From an uncultured archaeon (lineage in GTDB: Archaea > Altiarchaeota > Altiarchaeia > JAFGQM01), in assembly GCA_964619365.1 (NCBI GenBank), contig CAZUDQ010000001.1, positions 121,742 to 185,741 on the forward strand: a DNA stretch of 64,000 nucleotides. Direction: 5' to 3'. The position numbers and the translations under genes were made by a program. Positions 51,101-59,280 of the stretch are shown in pieces. The notes beneath the pieces were generated by a model that saw only the letters and a list, made by a program, of their open reading frames with translations, was not told the origin of the DNA and did no database searches. Numbering within the stretch: position 1 is the stretch's first letter; every line of letters begins with the position of its first letter.

Positions 51101-51859
51101 CTTTGTAAGAATCATTGGCATTGTTGCAAAGAGGAAGCCTGCTATAACGCCTGTCTTCCAGTCGCCTGAAAGCTCTTTCATAAAGAAATAAATCATAATT
51201 GCGGCAAACGCTGAAATCAAAAGCGGATACAAGATTATTGCCTGCTCAATTCCGATTCCTGAAGTAAATGCCAGGAACGCATTGTAATAATAAGGCAGGA
51301 GTTGACTACCCACTAACCCATAGGGTGGGTTTACGCGGTAATCGGTCGCCAGAATTTCGCCGTTTTGGTAAAGATCGTGGGTGAATTTATAGTGGTAATA
51401 CGGGTCGTCCATAGAAATCGGATTTCCAGCCATCGTTCCTTCCATTGCAGGATATGCTCTGAAACAAACGGCTGTTGCGACAAGAAAGATTATGATTGTC
51501 ATCTGCAAGCCCAGCTTCTTTGAGACAAGAAGGAGCGCAAGGAGAGTATATACTGCAAAAAGGAGTATCAAAAGAGGGTTAGCTCCCGTAAACACCGCAA
51601 TTGCGGCAAGAATTGCTGTTAAGAATATAATGAGATTTGAAAGGTCGCCTTCATAGGGGCCAATGTTTGTGACTGTCAATATAAGTCCCGCGACAGCAAT
51701 GACTGCGCAGACTAGGCCCAGAATGATTTGAAATGGTGCAAAAATCGCCCATATGACAAGGCAGGCAAGAAGCCCCGCAGCAAACAAATAGTGTATAGGC
51801 ATCCCAGATATACTTGAGATATCTAGAGTCTTTGCCGTTGTTTCGTTTTTTGAGACCAT
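48161..51859 (-). CDS. aglB: Oligosaccharyltransferase AglB (STT3 family) fused to a C-terminal FKBP domain and a thioredoxin-like region
   Basis: Multi-TM N-terminus, DDPYYH, TISE (TIxE), WWDYG, DYSLVGK (DK motif); then VKVHYTGTLDDGTVFES..G.GQMI.GF....M..GE...L.LPPEEAYG (FKBP); then AFYTEECDASC. Confidence 0.92.
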   Translation of the reverse strand: MVSKNETTAKTLDISSISGMPIHYLFAAGLLACLVIWAIFAPFQIILGLVCAVIAVAGLILTVTNIGPYEGDLSNLIIFLTAILAAIAVFTGANPLLILLFAVYTLLALLLVSKKLGLQMTIIIFLVATAVCFRAYPAMEGTMAGNPISMDDPYYHYKFTHDLYQNGEILATDYRVNPPYGLVGSQLLPYYYNAFLAFTSGIGIEQAIILYPLLISAFAAIMIYFFMKELSGDWKTGVIAGFLFATMPMILTKSTAGAIEEDIMGMAIAVFAFYLLTKSFKVERTRDSVIFAALSGITLMMLAITWSGGAQFLYAVPFVALGIFAVFTIIGRYDMWKITRAGLIAGIVSLCGITAIGGGLPSIFYIGSFGFFALFAVLSEVSRVYFFKEKEDSKKPIEKKFLLPLFVVILVVAIGALVYYGPSNIVNSVSSLYSNIAGEGTRNFLVEKTISEQGALASGSIAQKLNVGLDYYGIAEGLSLFMLILLPVTLIYWFLKQEKEKFYNYLLAYCITLMFFIVAMVFVWGEARLGFSQSLGFLLLGSLVGIFFPKDRTEFSKINVILPIVIIPLIAIFVFAPMSPAYSWGYAARTPSIDPAWVTGIEWLSNNVENGQFIDGTYVPGDYVFTWWDYGHIITALSDTTVITEPTQANEEYIMRTARFFYNESGEDAATKWLMEQPWNKDLKTKYIILDYSLVGKAGALTFLGTNFYEYQNGFMTNSNGTCDQGFVCQNIETGERAKKSEDGTYSCDSGIVCLRDALTKVVDKKCCQEQPTECCDMTLDWHVAREENGTGHVTRSAGYPVFNQYSLAKEGQYICRPEYTTSSKTTFLVENGERKTITQSQLYAINSGGLPFADGNAYGGILLFEYADGSTGEFLISENCERVPLNDVLSLGKDELARLDSQLLIHAPERWSDSMFFELYVKDARDLEYYELVTDADAVNGAYPNVKIFRINYPDKVPVPGSEDISEPLVSEEGLFSVDPNLAREGSLVKVHYTGTLDDGTVFESSIGGSPLEFTIGAGQMIAGFDAGVNDMKLGETKNLTLPPEEAYGASEGHPLQNETLHFEVTLVSIGDKVADAYKEELEMKFDANGNAKAKEYNLSTFPAVVWDCRFAKEGIVGPEGGVLAAFTCIATNGEPKELCSTIGVAHDNKTEKLTLNKELEEYVAALKMLDSESCLSDGKTVIEAFYTEECDASCEIQREIVEQLKSDLAGLVDVTFYCVGTDEFCKSRIQ

Positions 51860-51880
51860 TTTATTAAGCTTAAGTTCTTT

Positions 51881-52507
51881 TTACAATAGTTCTGAGAGGT
51901 CGAAAATCACTTCGTCTGGATCAGCCTCTTTTGCCACGTCATTGCGCCCGTTAAGCTTAAGCACTGTATGGCATCCGGCAGCCCTGCCTGCGATTATATC
52001 GTACTCTGTATCGCCGATAAATATTGCCTCTTCTGGTTTTACACCAAGCACGGACAATGCTTTTTCGACTGGTTCTTTGTGTGGTTTTTTGAACTCTGCG
52101 TCCTCTTCCCCCACAATTGCGTCAAAAAAGTGCAGGATACCGACTTCGGCTAAGGTCTTTTCAATCACCCCTCTTGGAGACGTTGAAACGACTGCGAGTT
52201 TGCAGTTCCTGTCTTTTAACGACTGTAATGTTTCTGTTATGTTCTTAAAAATCTTAATCTGCGGTATACCCTCTATCCATACCTCTTTAAAGTCTTCTCT
52301 TATCTTTTCTTTTTCGGGGTCTGAAAGGCCGCCAACAAGACGAGGAAGGGTCTCATCTACGGATTTTCCGAAAAGCTCGCGGGAGAATTCATCTTCAGAG
52401 AGTTCCCTTTTGCCATTTAACCTTAATGCAGCGTTAAATGACTCGTGAATATTTTGAAAGGTGTCGACAAGTGTGCCGTCCATATCAAAAAGAAAAGCTT
52501 TATACAT
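51881..52507 (-). CDS. HAD-superfamily hydrolase (Gph/PpaX-like)
   Basis: FDMDGTLVD, VVST, KP, IGD..YD..AG..AG. Confidence 0.9.
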   Translation of the reverse strand: MYKAFLFDMDGTLVDTFQNIHESFNAALRLNGKRELSEDEFSRELFGKSVDETLPRLVGGLSDPEKEKIREDFKEVWIEGIPQIKIFKNITETLQSLKDRNCKLAVVSTSPRGVIEKTLAEVGILHFFDAIVGEEDAEFKKPHKEPVEKALSVLGVKPEEAIFIGDTEYDIIAGRAAGCHTVLKLNGRNDVAKEADPDEVIFDLSELL

Positions 52508-52566
52508 ATTGCCTCACAAATTTAGCGGCTTATTAGAAGACGTTATTATAAAAGTCAAAGAATACC

Positions 52567-54327
52567 ATGAGAATCGCTGTTATTGACAGGGAAAAGTGCA
52601 GGAAAGACATCTGTGGGTTTTTGTGTCAGCGTATGTGTCCACGCGTTAGAAGCGGGGATGAGACGATAATTGCTGATGAAGAGGACGAAACGGGTCGCCC
52701 CCTTATAATCGAAAGCCTTTGTGTTGGCTGTGGGATATGTGTCAATAAATGCCCGTTTGGCGCAATAACTATAACAAATACGCCTGAAGCAGCTGGCGTC
52801 CTCACACACCAGTATGGACAAAATGGATTCAGGCTTTTTGGATTGCCAGGTCCACGAGAGGGAAGTGTTGTTGGTATTCTTGGTGTTAATGGAATAGGTA
52901 AATCTACTGCCATAAAGATTCTGTCAAGGCAAGAAGACGCCAATATGGGAAATCTTGAAAAGACTCCCGAGTGGAGAGAGATTATCGAAGCCTTCCGTGG
53001 AAATGAAGTGCAGGCATATCTTGAAAAACTCGCTTCAGGCGCTGCAAAAACTGCATATAAGCCACAGTATGTTGATATTCTGACAAAGATGCCAGGAACC
53101 GTTAAAGACGCCCTTTCAAAGGTATCTAAGGACTATTTGATTGTCGCAAAGGAGCTTGAGCTTGAAAATATTCTTAGTCGGAAGTTAAAGAATTTATCGG
53201 GGGGGGAGCTTCAGCGCGTTGCGATTGCCGTTGCAATGCTTAGGGACGTTGACCTTTACTTCTTTGACGAGCCAACCTCGTTTCTTGACATATCTCAAAG
53301 GCTAAAAGTCGCAAAGAGGATTCGGGCTCTAGCTAAAACCGGAAAAAGTGTTGTTGCCGTAGAGCACGATTTGATTATCCTTGACTACCTATCCGACTAC
53401 ATCAATATCGCTTTTGGTGAGAAAGGTGCTTTTGGAGTCCTCTCAAAATTAAAAAACACCCGCGTCGGGATAAACGAATTCTTATCAGGAAAACTTCGCA
53501 CAGAAAACGTCAGGATTAGGGACTACCCCATACACTATGAGGTAACTGGTGCCAATAAGTTTTCCGGGGGTGAACTCATGTGTAAGTTCCCAAAGGTCGT
53601 TAAGGACTTTGGGGAATTCTCTTTTGAAGCAGAAGCCGGGGAGATACATGCTGGAACAATAACTGGCATCCTGGGTCCAAATGCGACTGGAAAGACTACC
53701 TTCATGAAGATTCTTACTGGCGCACTGAAAAATGACGGGGAGGATATTGATTTGACTCTTGATATTTCATACAAACCTCAATATATCGAGGCCACGCCAG
53801 GTACTGTACGGGATGTCCTTAAAGCGGCAACACCCGACCTTTATAAGTCTCATTACAAAACTGAAGTTCTTGAACCTATGGGCCTTGAACCGTTCCTTGA
53901 CCGGGAATTAGGAGAACTCTCTGGAGGAGAGCTTCAGCGTGTAGCGATTGCCGAATGTATCTCCAGAGATGCTGACATCTATTTCCTTGACGAGCCTTCA
54001 GCATACCTTGATGTTGAACAAAGGCTTATTGCGGCGCGTATGATAAGACGCAGAATGGAAAACTCACGTAAAAGTGCTATTGTAATCGACCACGACATAG
54101 GCTTTATAGATTACATATCAGACAGGATAATGGTCTTTTCCGGAGAGCCAGGAATGCGCGGCTTTGCAAGTACGCCCAAAGGAATGCGCGCCGGGATGAA
54201 TGAGTTCCTTAAGCTTATGGAAATAACTTTCAGGCGGGATGAAGAAACAAAACGCCCGAGGGCAAATAAGCTGGACAGCCAGAAGGACAAAGAACAACGC
54301 GCCAAAGGCGAATATTATTATAATTAG
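52567..54327 (+). CDS. rli: Ribosome recycling ATPase ABCE1 (RLI)
   Basis: N-terminal Fe-S Cys clusters (CVGCGICVNKCP), two ABC domains with LSGGELQR, RPRANK..S.KD.EQ...GEYYY. Confidence 0.97.
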   Translation: MRIAVIDREKCRKDICGFLCQRMCPRVRSGDETIIADEEDETGRPLIIESLCVGCGICVNKCPFGAITITNTPEAAGVLTHQYGQNGFRLFGLPGPREGSVVGILGVNGIGKSTAIKILSRQEDANMGNLEKTPEWREIIEAFRGNEVQAYLEKLASGAAKTAYKPQYVDILTKMPGTVKDALSKVSKDYLIVAKELELENILSRKLKNLSGGELQRVAIAVAMLRDVDLYFFDEPTSFLDISQRLKVAKRIRALAKTGKSVVAVEHDLIILDYLSDYINIAFGEKGAFGVLSKLKNTRVGINEFLSGKLRTENVRIRDYPIHYEVTGANKFSGGELMCKFPKVVKDFGEFSFEAEAGEIHAGTITGILGPNATGKTTFMKILTGALKNDGEDIDLTLDISYKPQYIEATPGTVRDVLKAATPDLYKSHYKTEVLEPMGLEPFLDRELGELSGGELQRVAIAECISRDADIYFLDEPSAYLDVEQRLIAARMIRRRMENSRKSAIVIDHDIGFIDYISDRIMVFSGEPGMRGFASTPKGMRAGMNEFLKLMEITFRRDEETKRPRANKLDSQKDKEQRAKGEYYYN

Positions 54328-54331
54328 TTCA

Positions 54332-54351
54332 ACCCTCGGATGTGCGAGGGT
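54332..54351. terminator. Hairpin between convergent rli and rps27ae (possible terminator or stabilising stem)
   Basis: ACCCTCG-gatgtg-CGAGGGT, perfect 7-bp stem just after the rli stop codon. Confidence 0.35.
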
Positions 54352-54387
54352 CGTACTTAAAATCTGTTTATAAATTTCCTTAGAAGA

Positions 54388-54585
54388 TTATTCCTTCTTT
54401 GGTATGGATTTTTTCTCCATATACCCGCAGCGTCCGCAGGCTATACGGTCTTTATGTTCTGCAAGGAATACACCAGGTCCACACTTAGGACAAAACTTGT
54501 TTTTCTTTTTGATAGCGTCTCCCTCAATCTCATAGACTTTCCACTTCTGTGAAACTTTCTTTTTCTTTGTTTCTTTTGCTGCCAT
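54388..54585 (-). CDS. rps27ae: 30S ribosomal protein S27ae (eS31)
   Basis: CPKCGPGVFLAEHKDR..CGRCGY. Confidence 0.96.
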   Translation of the reverse strand: MAAKETKKKKVSQKWKVYEIEGDAIKKKNKFCPKCGPGVFLAEHKDRIACGRCGYMEKKSIPKKE

Positions 54586-54595
54586 TTTATTCTTA

Positions 54596-55129
54596 TTATT
54601 CTGCCTTTGGCTCTTCTACTGGAGCTTCAGGGGCTACTGCTTCTGGAGCGGGAGTTGGTGCAGGGGTTTCTTCTTTTGGAGCTTCCTGTGCAGGCTCTTT
54701 TGGAGCGGCTTCTGCAGGGGATTTTGCTGCTGGCTCTTCTACTGGAGCTTCAGGGGCTGCTGCCTCTGGCGCTGGTGCTTCTGGCGCTGGTGCGGGAGAT
54801 TCTTCTTTTGGAGCAGGAGTTGGTGCAGGGGTTTCTTCTTTTGGGGCTTCTGGCTCTTTTGTGCGCTTAGCATGATATCCAAGTTCTATTTTGTCCATTA
54901 TCTCCTTAGACTCATAAATTCTAGCCGTTCCTTTTGTCAGGTTAGACCCTGTTTGCTGGTCCACCTTAGTGATTACGGTTAGTTCCGGCTTTCCTTTTGC
55001 GGCCTTTGCAACGGCGTCTTTTATTACCGTGCGCGCTGGCGTTACTTTTTCTACTACTGAGAATTCAATCTCTTTCCTGCCAAAACAGGGATTGGTCTCA
55101 TTTTTGATTATCTCGATATTCATTTTCAA
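54596..55129 (-). CDS. rps24e: 30S ribosomal protein S24e with long Pro/Ala/Glu-rich C-terminal extension
   Basis: N...GRKE..F, TP.R, G.ARIY; canonical position between DUF359 and rps27ae. Confidence 0.9.
   Translation of the reverse strand: MKMNIEIIKNETNPCFGRKEIEFSVVEKVTPARTVIKDAVAKAAKGKPELTVITKVDQQTGSNLTKGTARIYESKEIMDKIELGYHAKRTKEPEAPKEETPAPTPAPKEESPAPAPEAPAPEAAAPEAPVEEPAAKSPAEAAPKEPAQEAPKEETPAPTPAPEAVAPEAPVEEPKAE
54599..54860 (-). repeat. Low-complexity coding repeats in rps24e tail (EAPKEETPAPTPAP x2, APEAPVEEP x2)
   Basis: Duplicated DNA blocks GGAGTTGGTGCAGGGGTTTCTTCTTTTGG and TGGCTCTTCTACTGGAGCTTCAGGGGCT each occur twice on + strand. Confidence 0.85.
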
Positions 55130-55134
55130 GTTTT

Positions 55135-55659
55135 TTAAAGTGATTCAAGGCGTGAAGCTATGTCTTCGAAGACAGACTTTATTTTTCGATTGACAAGTAT
55201 TAAAATCGCGCCGTTGCCCGGGGGGTGCCCATATACTATCCAGCTTCCTTCCGGAGCCGCGATGACAGCGGGTATTGTCAGGAGGTCTTCTTCGCCTGTT
55301 ACTTTAAGGCTTATAGGACCTTTTGACGATGCTGCGGCGATGACTGCATTATATGCCTCACGCGTTATTATTCCCGCAGGATTTGTTATTACCCTTGGCT
55401 CTGCATAACTGCTAAGGCGTTCGATTCGCACGTCATGGCATGGCGCGCGCCGGGTTTGTCCGTCCCAGATTATAAGACTTGGAGAAATACCGCGCTTAAT
55501 GAGTGCAGAAGACACATAGTCTCCTATAGTTATAACGTTGGACTCGTCGTCCCGCAAGCGGTTTGCGATTTCCTCGCATTCAAGAACGGGGCCATAGGGC
55601 TGCGCAAGTTCTGCCCTCATTTCTTCAGGCAGGCGAAACCCATTGGCATGATTTGCCAT
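55135..55659 (-). CDS. GTP-dependent dephospho-CoA kinase family (DUF359)
   Basis: LPE.MR.EL..P.G, IGD.VS, DG.TRR, NPAG.I, GEEDLL..PA, YG.P..G. Confidence 0.88.
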   Translation of the reverse strand: MANHANGFRLPEEMRAELAQPYGPVLECEEIANRLRDDESNVITIGDYVSSALIKRGISPSLIIWDGQTRRAPCHDVRIERLSSYAEPRVITNPAGIITREAYNAVIAAASSKGPISLKVTGEEDLLTIPAVIAAPEGSWIVYGHPPGNGAILILVNRKIKSVFEDIASRLESL

Positions 55660-55687
55660 AAAATAATTTCTAAGGTTCTTTTCGAGC

Positions 55688-55867
55688 TTAGATTTTTAAG
55701 GCGTAGACTCCTTTTTCGGGGATATCCATCTCCTTTGCAATCTTGCTCTTCTCTGGATCTACGACTGCAGCCTTTCCACTCCAGTCGCGCGTTAAAGGAA
55801 CATTACAGTGTGGGCATATTTGCGCTTCTCCGTACACCCGTCCGCATTTGTGGCATGCAAGGTCCAT
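55688..55867 (-). CDS. spt4: Transcription elongation factor Spt4 (RpoE''), 59 aa
   Basis: Below ORF-track cutoff; manual translation MDLACHKCGRVYGEAQICPHCNVPLTRDWSGKAAVVDPEKSKIAKEMDIPEKGVYALKI. Confidence 0.93.
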   Translation of the reverse strand: MDLACHKCGRVYGEAQICPHCNVPLTRDWSGKAAVVDPEKSKIAKEMDIPEKGVYALKI

Positions 55868-56539
55868 TTACTTTTTAGCCTCCTTTTTGGGTGCTCCCTT
55901 TCCTTTGGGTGCTTCCTTTCCTTTGGGAGCTTCCTTTCCTTTGGGAGCTTCTTTTCCTTTGAGTGCTTCCTTTTCTTTGGGAGCTTCCTTTCCGGGTTTT
56001 TTTGCCTCTTGATCTAGCCAGTCAAGGGCACCAAGACCTGGTTGGCGCATCGTAAGGCCGATTTTTGTGTCAAGGAGTGTTGACTTCTTGCTTATTGTAA
56101 CAACACGCGTTCGCACGACATCACCAAGTTTTAGGGTGTGGTTTGACTCTTTGCCGTTAAATTGCTGTTCTTTCTCATTATAGCTGACAAAGTCTTCCAT
56201 TATCTGGGAAACGTGAACAAGTCCGTCAATCGGACCCATTGAAATAAAGGCTCCAAACTCTGCAATCTCTTTAAACTCACCGTCGACAATCTCCTGAAGC
56301 TTCGGGCGATATGTCAGCATTGTAAACTTCGTATCATAATATGCACCGCCATCGCCCTGTATGATTTCACTTTCTCCAATCTCCTGAACGTCAATTGCGG
56401 CAACTATTACCCCCATCTCGGGGTCCATCCTTCCAACGTACTCTTTATCGAGAATCTCCTTCATGCTCTTGACAGGGTCAAGACCAAACATTTTGGGAGG
56501 TACTCTCACAGAGTCTCTAAGCTCTACTTTGTAATACAT
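55868..56539 (-). CDS. rpoE1: DNA-directed RNA polymerase subunit Rpo7 (E') with repeat tail
   Basis: VRVPP..FG, GDG.AY, FGAFI.MGPIDGLVHVSQI, KIGLTMRQPGLG..DW. Confidence 0.96.
   Translation of the reverse strand: MYYKVELRDSVRVPPKMFGLDPVKSMKEILDKEYVGRMDPEMGVIVAAIDVQEIGESEIIQGDGGAYYDTKFTMLTYRPKLQEIVDGEFKEIAEFGAFISMGPIDGLVHVSQIMEDFVSYNEKEQQFNGKESNHTLKLGDVVRTRVVTISKKSTLLDTKIGLTMRQPGLGALDWLDQEAKKPGKEAPKEKEALKGKEAPKGKEAPKGKEAPKGKGAPKKEAKK
55886..55993 (-). repeat. Six tandem 18-bp repeats encoding (GKEAPK)n at the Rpo7 C-terminus
   Basis: + strand consensus TTTGGGAGCTTCCTTTCC repeated 6 times with few substitutions. Confidence 0.92.
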
Positions 56540-56621
56540 TTTTAGATAGCTCAGTCTAAGTAGAATTAAGCGTTTATTTAGAAAAGGGCGGTTTAAAAAT
56601 AAAAGGGTGCCCGCGCGAGTA

Positions 56622-56939
56622 TTAAAACTCGGGCGGATTTATCCCAACAAGGGTTATTTCAAAGATTAGAGTCTTGCCTGCCATGGGGTGCGGTCCGCTT
56701 GTCCCGTAGGCTTTTTCGGGGGGCAATTCTGCAGTCTTTGACTCGCCAAGTCCCATGCCAAGAACAGCTTCTTCAAAACCAGGTATCATCTGCCCTGCGC
56801 CAAGCTCGAAAACAAGAGGGTCACGCCCCTGGCTTGAATCAAATACTTCACCGTCAGTAAACTTACCTGTGTAGTCGACCTCAACAATATCACCTTTCTT
56901 TGCGATTTCGTCCATTTTATTTGTTGGCGATATTTCCAA
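56622..56939 (-). CDS. FKBP-type peptidyl-prolyl isomerase, short form without insert-in-flap domain
   Basis: GD.VEVDYTG...DGEVFDSS, G.GQMIPGFEEA, LPPEKAYG..GPHPMAGKTL.FE; start may be ATG 56915. Confidence 0.92.
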   Translation of the reverse strand: MEISPTNKMDEIAKKGDIVEVDYTGKFTDGEVFDSSQGRDPLVFELGAGQMIPGFEEAVLGMGLGESKTAELPPEKAYGTSGPHPMAGKTLIFEITLVGINPPEF

Positions 56940-56959
56940 AAAAGACTATAAAAATCAAA

Positions 56960-59080
56960 TTAAAGAGGTATGCCATGAATCATGATTACAACACCTGCAA
57001 ATACTATCGAAATCATGGACATCAATTTTATGAGGATATCGATGCTGGGGCCTGCCGTATCCTTAAATGGGTCACCGATGGTGTCGCCAATCACTGATGC
57101 CTTGTGGCTGTCACTGCCTTTACCTCCATAGTTGCCATCTTCGATGAACTTTTTGGCATTATCCCAGGCGCCGCCTGAATTCGCCATGAATATTGCCATG
57201 ACAATCCCTGTGACAAGAGCTCCGGCAAGAAGTGCGACAACAGCTGATGGCCCCAGTAAGATTCCTATGACAAGAGGGGATGCAAGGGCGACAATTGCAG
57301 GAGGTATCATTTCTTTTTCTGCGGCTTTTGTTGATATTTCGACGCAACGGGCATAATCAGGTTCGGCTTTGCCTTCCATAAGGCCTTTTATCTCCTTGAA
57401 CTGACGCCTGACTTCCTCAACTATGCCGCCTGCAGCCTTTCCAACTGATTTCATGAGCATTGACGAAAAGAAAAAGGGAAGTGCGCCGCCTATGAACAGG
57501 CATATCATGATAATAGGGTTTGAAAGGCTTAAGTCCATTGGAACAGAAACTGCCATCTCACCTGAGACTACACTTATGTGTGAAGTATATGCGGCAAGAA
57601 GCGCCATTGCAGTTAACGCCGCAGAACCTATGGCAAAGCCTTTTCCAGTAGCCGCAGTCGTATTTCCAAGCGCGTCAAGAGCATCAGTCCTCTTTCTGAC
57701 TATTGGCAGCTGCTTAGTCATCTCGGCAATCCCTCCTGCGTTATCTGCAACCGGGCCATATGCGTCTGTTGCAAGGGTTATTCCAAGTGTTGAAAGCATT
57801 CCGACTGCCGCAATACCAATACCATAAAGCCCCATCATCGGGTTTTCTGCGCCGCCTGAAAGGGTATAAGAAACAAAGATTGCAAGAGCAAGGACTATCA
57901 CAACAGAAAATGTTGATTCCATGCCAGTTGCAAGACCGCTTATGATAACTGTTGCAGGACCTGTTTTGGCGTGTTCTGCAATCTTTTGAGTCGGGCCGTA
58001 TTTATGCGAGGTGAAATATTCACTTATTATTCCAATAAAGATTCCCGCCGCAAGACCCGCAAGGACTGCAGCATATATCCCAAACCAATAAACTGGACCC
58101 ATTATGAAATAGATTACTGGTGCCGAGAATATCGCAATAAGTATTGCTGCAACATATATACCCCTCCTTAGCGCCCAAAGAAGGCTGTGCTGGGTTGCGT
58201 CCTCTTTTGCCTTTATGAAAAATGCGCCGATTATTGAAGCGAATGCGCCGATTGCCGCTATTACAAGAGGTACTGAAAGGGCTTCTAAGGAAAGACCCGC
58301 TACGGCAAAAGCAGTTGTTCCAAGAGCCATTGCAGCAACAAGAGAACCAATATAGGATTCAAAAAGGTCGGCTCCGAGTCCTGCTACATCACCTACATTA
58401 TCCCCGACGTTGTCTGCTATTACTGCAGGGTTTCTCGGGTCGTCTTCAGGGATGCCGCACTCGACTTTTCCAACAAGGTCTGCTCCGACATCTGCTGCCT
58501 TTGTATATATCCCGCCGCCGACTCTTGCAAAAAGCGCCATGGCCGAAGCACCCATACCAAAAGTAAGCATGGTTGTTGTAAGGGCTTCAAGGCTGGCAGG
58601 ATCCGTTGCCCCCCCGCCAAGTGCCATTAAAAGATAGTACCAGATGGATAAGTCTAGAAGAGCAAAGCCAACAACACAAAGACCCATAACAGCACCTGAT
58701 GAAAAGGCTACGTTAAGACCGTCATTAAGGCTTTTTGTGCAAGCATGAGTAGTCCTGACATTTGCCTTTGTCGCAACACGCATGCCGACATATCCTGCGA
58801 GCGCCGAAAAGAACCCACCTGTAAGGAATGCGAAAGGCACATAGATTGTTACAGCATTTGCAAAAGAGAGTAGTATTAGGACTATAAACATCAGAAAGAA
58901 GAAGACGCCGACTGTCTTATACTGCTGGCGTATGTATGTTCTTGCACCGAGTTTTATCGCATCTGAGATATGCACCATCTCATCTGTGCCTTTTTCTTCC
59001 TTAACCACGCGCAAATAGAAATAAAGTGCGAAAAGAAGGGAAACAACTGAACCTACTGGAGCAAGCCATAAGATATCCAT
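56960..59080 (-). CDS. hppA: Membrane-bound cation-translocating pyrophosphatase (K+-dependent, Na+ or Na+,H+ type)
   Basis: [67 protein letters not shown]. Confidence 0.96.
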   Translation of the reverse strand: MDILWLAPVGSVVSLLFALYFYLRVVKEEKGTDEMVHISDAIKLGARTYIRQQYKTVGVFFFLMFIVLILLSFANAVTIYVPFAFLTGGFFSALAGYVGMRVATKANVRTTHACTKSLNDGLNVAFSSGAVMGLCVVGFALLDLSIWYYLLMALGGGATDPASLEALTTTMLTFGMGASAMALFARVGGGIYTKAADVGADLVGKVECGIPEDDPRNPAVIADNVGDNVGDVAGLGADLFESYIGSLVAAMALGTTAFAVAGLSLEALSVPLVIAAIGAFASIIGAFFIKAKEDATQHSLLWALRRGIYVAAILIAIFSAPVIYFIMGPVYWFGIYAAVLAGLAAGIFIGIISEYFTSHKYGPTQKIAEHAKTGPATVIISGLATGMESTFSVVIVLALAIFVSYTLSGGAENPMMGLYGIGIAAVGMLSTLGITLATDAYGPVADNAGGIAEMTKQLPIVRKRTDALDALGNTTAATGKGFAIGSAALTAMALLAAYTSHISVVSGEMAVSVPMDLSLSNPIIMICLFIGGALPFFFSSMLMKSVGKAAGGIVEEVRRQFKEIKGLMEGKAEPDYARCVEISTKAAEKEMIPPAIVALASPLVIGILLGPSAVVALLAGALVTGIVMAIFMANSGGAWDNAKKFIEDGNYGGKGSDSHKASVIGDTIGDPFKDTAGPSIDILIKLMSMISIVFAGVVIMIHGIPL

Positions 59081-59280
59081 TTAACACCATTTTCGAGCCA
59101 AATAATCGGAAAAACTGGCAAAGGTTACCTCTAAGGGTCATTATGATATTTCCCCGGGTTAGGCGCCTTTGTCGCTTTTTGTTCTGACTCATAACGCCGA
59201 ATGACGGCTGTTTTGTAGAAATTTAATGTCAGCCTTAATAAAAATACATAGGGTACATGGGTGTATACCTAAGTACTAGT

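Noticed and set aside
55886-55993. 18-bp repeats as CRISPR or iterons
   Set aside because: No spacers; unit is a multiple of 3 and in frame in rpoE1
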